From contig NW_008246100.1 in assembly GCF_000281045.1 (NCBI RefSeq), positions 306,408-333,241 of the forward strand: a stretch of 26,834 nt of DNA, given 5' to 3'. Below the pieces are notes generated by a model. That model was not told the DNA's origin, ran no database searches, and saw only the letters and a list, made by a program, of their open reading frames with translations. This DNA is from Saprolegnia diclina VS20 (Eukaryota). Shown here piece by piece: positions 20,056 through 26,834 of this stretch (position 1 is the stretch's first letter; the number at the start of each line of letters is the position of its first letter). The position numbers and the translations under genes are program-made.

Positions 20056-20071
20056 AAAATCGAAAATGGAC
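20056..20071 (-). promoter_or_regulatory. Inr/FPR-like element upstream of paralog 3
   Basis: Minus strand reads gtccattttcgatttt about 25-40 nt upstream of the ATG. Several CCAAT/ATTGG boxes lie further upstream (about 20210-20315). Confidence 0.5.
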
Positions 20072-23000
20072 TCGAGAGCCGCCTTGAGGACACACAGCGG
20101 CGCGAGAGAAGGCGCTGGCCCGCGCCCGACATTCGGCGATCTTTGCTTGTCGGGTCTGTGTCGTTTTTTCGATACGAAGTTGAAGTAGCTATGGTCAGGC
20201 GCCTTCCTTGGACCAATGAGCGATCATGCAAATAAAATAGAGAATTATCATTGGTGGAGCCACATTGCACTTTCTTCGACCCGAAGCCAGCCAATTATAT
20301 GAGAAATTGTATTGGATGTGGCGGCGTGCGTGTTTCTTCATCAAGCCAGCGTGCATGTGGCGATCTTGTTGGTTGATACAAAGCGCTTGATATGTCGTAC
20401 CCCGTGAGAGCCTGCTGCGGAGAAGCCCGCTTCGCAAAGATGTGCAGCCCCATACCCTTCTGCAGTGAGCGGCGATCAGAGTTGGGACGTTGAGGTTGTA
20501 TAGGCCGGTCGAGCGCGTGCGCCGTTGCGGCGGGTTCTCAGCGCTGCGTATCTCGAGCCCGCCACGTCTGTCCGCAGGGCCAATTCTGGTCGACGAAGGC
20601 GTACGTCGTGGGGAATTGACTGCAGCCCCTCTCCTCTGTCCGCATGTCATTGCCCACAAAGCGTGCTATTTTGCCTCGCTAAAAAGAATGCGCCGCTATC
20701 TATCCCATATAAAATCTCCCGTAAATCGACAGTGTTTGTCAGAACGGAACTCGCCCACCGCAGTCTACAGAAGAGTCTACGTGAATCCTGTAGCTTTGTG
20801 AAATATGGCTTGTTTCATCGCGGACAGAACGTTGTGCTCGAGTGCAGGTACGCAAGAAGGCGAAAAACCTGCTGCCTGGATTGAGCGCGTGTATACACCA
20901 CGGAGGCACACCAATCGTAGCTGCTCCAAGCGTCTCTCACATTTTGCTGGCAACGATGAGCCTGCGTACAAAGCGTGGGAATTGGCCAAGCAGCTGCGCC
21001 GGGGCTCCATGCGCGACGCCACCCTCTGGTCCATTCTGCAGCAATCCTCCTCGCATGTCTCTGCTGTCTTTGAACTTGCAGCATGTTGTAGCTCTTATTG
21101 CCGTGAATGGACTCTTCTGCGCTCTTTTGAATTTTGAAACGGCTCAGTCAATGTGTCAGTTTCGCAGGCCCTTGTGGATCGGCAAAATCGTGCGTTCATT
21201 GGTTGAAATGTCATTGCAGCTTGTGGCTTTTAGCCAATCGTTTCACATGTGGGTAGCATAGCCTATTGCTGTATTTGTTTTGTGTATATACTTGGTATTT
21301 GTATTAGTCTGGTATTATACCGATAAATTATGTGGAAGCTTACTTTCGCAACACAGTTTTATTGGTCAAGAGGCTGTTTTTTAAAACAATGACCAGCCCC
21401 ACTCTCTATACAAAACTAGAGTATGTTATAGCTTGCATTGTATTATATTGCAATCCAGTGGGAGCCAATCGTTTTCGCGGGCGTCGGCCCGATGCTCGCA
21501 TTTGCAAACTGGAAGCCAAGTAGGAAGAAGGCATGGATTAATCAGCCACGGGTTTCCCCCATAACTTATTGGCCTTCATGACCATGCGAAAGTAGTCTGA
21601 GGCCCTTAATTAGCTTGCGAGACAGACTGCAGACACGTACGACATCGACCTCGGTCGGTGGTGGACGTCCTACGGTTCAGTGTGCCATGTTCCTTTCTCA
21701 GTTCTTGAGGAGGAAAATCCATGGCGCCACCGGTCTCGTTCGCCAGTCTGGACCCCGACATTCTTATCGCCATATATACTTTCATCGGTTTCGGGTCCGT
21801 GTGAGGAAACAAAAACACATAACCATCTTTCGACAGAAGGTCTCCAACCAATGTCGAGAACCTACCATATTCTGATGGACCCTACACAATTATCATTGTG
21901 CGCTTTGCGCGTTCCTGTAGACTAGTCACTAGACGCCTGAATATAAAGACTAAGACGCGAAAAAGAAATTACCTGAAGCCACACGATTTTTCAACGTTGT
22001 TCGTGGTCTTCTCGAGGATAGAGCAAGGGGCGAAGCCGGAGACGAGAGCAGAGGTCGTTGTCACCCAGGACACAAGAGTTTACATGAGATGCTTCAGCAC
22101 GACGAACCGAAACTCAAAAATGCTGATCGCTTCTCGCCAGCGTTCCACCTGCAAAGCACTGATCATGTGATGGCGGGTACACATCCAGCATCTACCAGCA
22201 GGGCGTCCTGTGAGGCAGATCAGGCCCGAGATGGTGATGTAAATGGTTGGATTCGCCCGTGGCGGGTCTGGTGCTCGGCGCAATGTGGTCGCGTTCGTTG
22301 TTGGCATTGCGATTTGGTGGCCATCAACTTGGCCATCCCGTACACGAAAGAGACATTGAAGCAACGCCAATCTGGTTACCTCTGGTTTACTTGCCTTCGG
22401 CAGGCCTGTACAAATGTATCGTACTTAGCACTGAACCTCAGATCATGCCACACAACGCGGCCACACTCCCAGAAAGATCAGTGACCTTTGCCCGAGTCTG
22501 GCGCGAAGATGTTGAAGTAGGGCTTGCTTCAAGGAGGGCTGGCAATTTCAACAACAGATGCAAGGACCATTGACTCATGGCAAGGGGAAAAACTACCATG
22601 CTACAATTATGATGGGCGATTGGTTCCTCGGAAGTCGATGTAGTAAAACGAAATCCGTAGAGGACATCGCTCTGGCTCACAGAGAACGTCCAGCTCCTCG
22701 TAGTACGATACATGCTCGCCGAGTTTACAGGCATCTTCTTGCACGTGCGATCAAGTACATAAGTTATGCTTTCGTTGTTGTAATCGAGACGACTCTTTGC
22801 GTCTGCCAAACGCCGCCACACATTTGACAGCGTTTCCATAGCCCCTTTTGCCAAGCTACTGTCCAAGGACTCGAGGAAGCACACCGAAGCGAGTTCGACG
22901 CCTACCACAGTAACCAGCACCAACCACTGGACTCGCGCAACGTCTCTACTCGGTGTGTCCACGACGACAGCCATGCGCACGACCGAGCAGCGTGTCGTCT

Positions 23001-23999
23001 GCCTCAACCCGCGCAAGCAAAGTGCGCAGGCCACGGCACAAGGCAGCCCAAGTGTGTAACGCCATCTCTAATGTCGACTCAGCGCTAGACGGCGCCCAAA
23101 GACGGCGGCGCATCGAGGCGCGAGCGCGGCGATTACGGATGGCGTCATTGTACAGGGACAGGAAATATCCACACCCGCTGTGGGTGCACCTAACGAGGGT
23201 CGGCCAGAGAGAGGAAAGAAGAAGGGGCACCCGAGAACACCAATGCAGCGCTGCGTTGCCACATTGCACTTTTCTGCGAGCCGCCCGACAGTTGGCAGAC
23301 GCCCGAGGTGCTTGTCCATCAGCTGGCGCAATAGCCCAATCACCTGCATGGCCATGATGCAACGCATCGCATTTATAATCATTTGCGAGCCACGGGCAAA
23401 TCGAAGGCGGCGGCGCCATGACGTCGATCGGAAGGAGTCTATGACGGCGCCTGCTAGTGTCCCCATCCTTGTCGCCGCACCTAGAGCTCATTTCGCATAT
23501 CAACTTGCGGCCACCACTCGCCGGAAGGCTGCCCATGCGCCCAGGTTTTGTCACGGCTGCCAACCGAAGATGACGGAAAGTCGAGTCTTCGTACCTCCCG
23601 ATTGCGAGGGGAGACAGGGCTCGACCCATCCGGCGTGGGTATGGGTCAGTAAGGGCCACAAGGGCCGCGGCGTTCTTGTTTCGTGAACCTTCGGAACCTT
23701 CGGGTAACGCGCGCAAGAGTAGTAGCCGATGACGAAGAGGCCCCGGGCGCAGAAACCTCGACCCGCCGAGGCGTCGCGGACAGGCGGCGCGACGGCGATC
23801 GCCAGGAGCTCCTGCTCTGATATGCCCACGTGGTTGCAAAAGCCAATGGCAGCACGCGCGACGAGCGTGTCGCAGGACGCGCGTAACAGGGTCGATCGGA
23901 AAGAAAGGGTATACTGGGGCGAATTAGGTTGAAGCCAATGGTTGAATAAACATTGTCGGCGCGCCGAGCAGCAATGGTCATTTCCCAACGAGCGCCAAG

Positions 24000-26038
24000 A
24001 TGCCTAAGTACACAGCCACGAGCATCACCGACGAGGTGGACATCCGCGTGACGGACCGCAACGCCAAGTTTGAGCCCACGACGCTCTGCAAGATGTTCCA
24101 GGCGACGGCGGCCAAGTACGCGTCGCAGCCGGCCTTGCACTACAAGCAGAATGGCGAGTGGTACGGAGGAGCTACTTTCTCTGTATGCTGACGCTCATCA
24201 ACGCAATGCTCTAGGGCGTCGTACACGTGGAAGGAGTACGAGGCCAAGGCCATGGCCTTTGCCAAGGCACTCGTCTCGTTGGGTTTTGACCGCTTCGACA
24301 CGGTCTCGATCTCGGGCTTCAACTCGACCGAGTGGTTTGCCGCGTATATGGGCTGCATCATGGCCGGTGGCGCCGCCACGGGCGTCTACACGACCAACGG
24401 CCCGACGGCGTGCCAGTACGTCTGCAACAACTCGTTGGCGCGCGTTGTTGTCTGCGACGGCGTCAAGCAGCTCGAAAAGTTCATGTCGATCGCCGATCAA
24501 CTGCCGTCGCTCAAGGCTCTTGTCGTGTGTACGTATTCAAATTGCACTTTCGACTACGATCTCATGCCAACTGCGTGCATTTAGACAATGCGCAACTCCC
24601 GGCCGACGTCGAGTGCTGCGTGCCCATCTACGACTTTGAGGCGTTCCTCGGCCTTGGCTCGGACATTACGACGGCAACGATTCAAGAACGCATCGACGTT
24701 CAGCGCCCGGGCAACTGCGCGTCGCTCATCTATACGTCCGGCACGACCGGCAACCCAAAGGGCGTCATGCTCTCGCACGACAACCTGACGTACACACTGC
24801 GCGCGGTCACGTCGGGCTTCCAGGGCGACCTCTTCAACAACACGGAGCGCATCATTTCGTTCCTTCCGCTGTCGCACATTGCCGGCCAGATCCTCGACAT
24901 TGGCATCCAGATTTACTACGGTCTCCACATTTACTTTGCCGAGCCGGATGCGCTCAAGGGCTCGCTCGGCAAGACGATGAAGGAGGTGCACCCGACCTTC
25001 TTCCTCGGCGTCCCCCGCGTCTTTGAGAAGATCTCGGAAAAAATGGTCGAGGTCGGCCGCGGCTCCAAGGGCCTCAAGAAGGCGATCGCGACGTGGGCCC
25101 GCCGCGTCGGTGGCCAAAAGGTTGTCATGAGCCAGTACCACGAGTCGGGCGGCAAGCCGTGCGGCTACGACTTTGCCAAGGCGCTCGTCTTCAACAAGGT
25201 GCGCGACGCGCTCGGTCTCGACAAGTGCAAGGCGTTCTACTCGGGCGCGGCGCCGCTGAGCCCGGAAGTCACGGCCTTCTTTGCGTCGCTCGACATTCCG
25301 ATCTACGAAGCCATGGGGCTCAGCGAGACGACGGGCATTTCGTTCTTCAACTACCCGCACAAGTGGAAGCAGAGCTGCCTTGGGCACTTCCTTACGGGCA
25401 CGGACGTCAAGATCGACCCGACCAACTCGGAGCTGCTCATTCGCGGTCGCCACGTCATGATGGGCTACATCAACAACGAAGAAGGCACGGCCGCGGCCCT
25501 TGACGAAGAAGGTTTCCTTCACACGGGCGACTGCGCGTCGTTGGACTCGGATGGCTTTGCGTACATGACGGGTCGCCTCAAGGAGCTCATCATCACGGCC
25601 GGCGGCGAGAACGTCCCGCCCGTCCTCATCGAAAACGTCATCAAGGAAGAGCTCCCGCTCCTCGGCAACGTCATGATCATTGGCGACAAGCGCAAGTTCC
25701 TCTCGGCCATCTTTACGTTCCGCGTCACGGTCGACGAGCACGGCGAACCCACCGACAAGCTCGACGCCGAGGCCAAGTACATTTTGGCGCAAATCGACTC
25801 GGGCGCGACAACGGTGGCCGAGGCGATGGCCGACCCGAAGATCAAGACGTACCTCGACGCCGGCCTCAAGCGCGCGAACGCCCGCGCCACGTCGCGCGCG
25901 CAGAACGTGCAAAAGTACATTTTTGTCGCGCGCGACTTTAGCGTGCCCGGCGGCGAGATGACGCCGACACTCAAGATCAAGCGCAACGTGGTCGCCGACA
26001 AGTACGCGACCGAGATCGACGCCATGTACGGCCACTAA
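24000..26038 (+). CDS. Long-chain fatty acyl-CoA synthetase, bubblegum (ACSBG)-like
   Basis: Introns at 24161..24214 and 24529..24584. AMP-binding motif LIYTSGTTGNPKGVMLSHDN, plus SFLPLSHIAGQ, GVPRVFEK, GLSETTG, GFLHTGD, ACSBG-type TGRLKELIITAGGENVPP, and GEMTPTLKIKR. Confidence 0.95.
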
Positions 26039-26670
26039 GCCGCCCGAGTCTATTTGTATAATCCACTGTCGTTTCCTTTGTACAAATTGGTTACGTCCAC
26101 ACGCAGCGAAGATCACGAGCGATCACCCAGCTGGTCGCATCAACAGTTTTCTGTCCACACAGTTTCAATGATTGGGAGCTGGAGAACCCGTTGGGTGTGA
26201 GTTTGGTTGTCGCCGAGGTCTGCGTGGAGATGGTCATGCAAATGATGGACAGCTCATTCATCGCAAGCTACAATATAACTTGCCAACCTCGCCAACGTAT
26301 TGTAGTTAGTGTAGGTGATCTCGCGATTCACTATTAGTATGAGTTGTTTGAAACCGCCTTGGATTGTCGCAGGTTCCACTGTACATGTACGTGGAGGGGT
26401 ACGGTCCTTATATAGCCCGGAGCGACTTGGTACCGGTCTTGATGCCCGCGCCGAATGGATGCTGTGGCGACCATGATGAAGTGAAGCTCAACTTCGAGAA
26501 GCATCCGGCAGTGGGACGACAACGTAGCGTCGTCGTTCCAGCGACGTCCATTTGGCATGACGTCCACGCTCAAGTATCGTAGAAGTCTGTCTGTGGTCAG
26601 TGTCTCGCATGACGCGACGCAGCTGATTGGTCGACGGACTACAACCCGGGGCAGTTCCCCGCCTTCGTTG

Positions 26671-26686
26671 GCTCATTTTCGCTTTT
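26671..26686 (+). promoter_or_regulatory. Inr/FPR-like element upstream of the second acyl-CoA synthetase
   Basis: gctcattttcgctttt lies about 20-35 nt before the ATG at 26707. Confidence 0.5.
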
Positions 26687-26706
26687 CGCCAGCAAGCAGC
26701 AGCAGC

Positions 26707-26834
26707 ATGCCCAAGTACACGGTGGGTCCAGCCTCCGTAGTTTGGCACCAGCTTATCGAGTACTGTTTATCGTAGACGACGAGCATCCGCGACGAGGTCG
26801 ACATCCGCCTCGATGAACGCACAGCGTCGCTGCC
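26707..26834 (+). CDS. 5' end of a tandem paralog of the ACSBG-like acyl-CoA synthetase (truncated by the window)
   Basis: Exon 26707..26721 encodes MPKYT, intron 26722..26775, then TTSIRDEVDIRLDERTASL. This aligns with MPKYTATSITDEVDIRVTDR of the upstream gene. Confidence 0.85.

Noticed and set aside
23260..23345. IGLLRQLMDKHLGRLPTVGRL resembles kinase subdomain XI
   Set aside because: No other kinase motifs are nearby, so it is too weak to call a pseudogene.
22565..23655. Partial matches to the palindrome arm (cattgactcatgg at about 22568; atgggtcagtaa at about 23641) as element ends
   Set aside because: The matches are short and mismatched, point the wrong way to enclose an element, and have no TSD.
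24581..26116. Long antisense ORFs (511 aa here; similar ones at 2739-3752, 4011-5111 and 6433-7389)
   Set aside because: These are shadow ORFs caused by the GC-rich codon bias of the genes on the opposite strand.
26334..26582. Short ORFs between the two acyl-CoA synthetase genes
   Set aside because: No motifs or codon bias; probably intergenic.

Overview
Gene-dense eukaryotic genomic DNA. Short GT-AG introns (mostly 40-56 nt), strongly C/G-ending codons and YCATTYY initiator-like motifs suggest an oomycete, probably a saprolegnialean (inference, not confirmed). In order, the window holds: the 5' part of a coiled-coil gene with a HAP1/TRAK-type CC1-box (-), a Ras GTPase (+), an unusual receiver domain-NEK kinase-DEP-like-DUF547 fusion gene (-), an SDIR1-like RING-H2 ligase (+), a DYRKP-like kinase (+), PCID2 (-), an intronless Nudix hydrolase (+), an anoctamin (-), a CID/RPRD-like RS-rich protein (+) and a multi-zinc-finger protein (-). 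A gene-poor stretch follows, containing a perfect 36-bp palindrome between 7-bp direct repeats (candidate P-superfamily transposon footprint) and three tandem paralogous 95-100 aa helix-hairpin-helix-like mini-genes (-). After about 3.5 kb that I cannot annotate come a bubblegum-type long-chain acyl-CoA synthetase (+) and the start of a tandem paralog. The best candidates for undescribed biology are the phosphorelay-gated NEK fusion kinase, the HhH mini-protein trio and the transposon footprint. Family assignments come from recognising motifs by eye; no searches were run.
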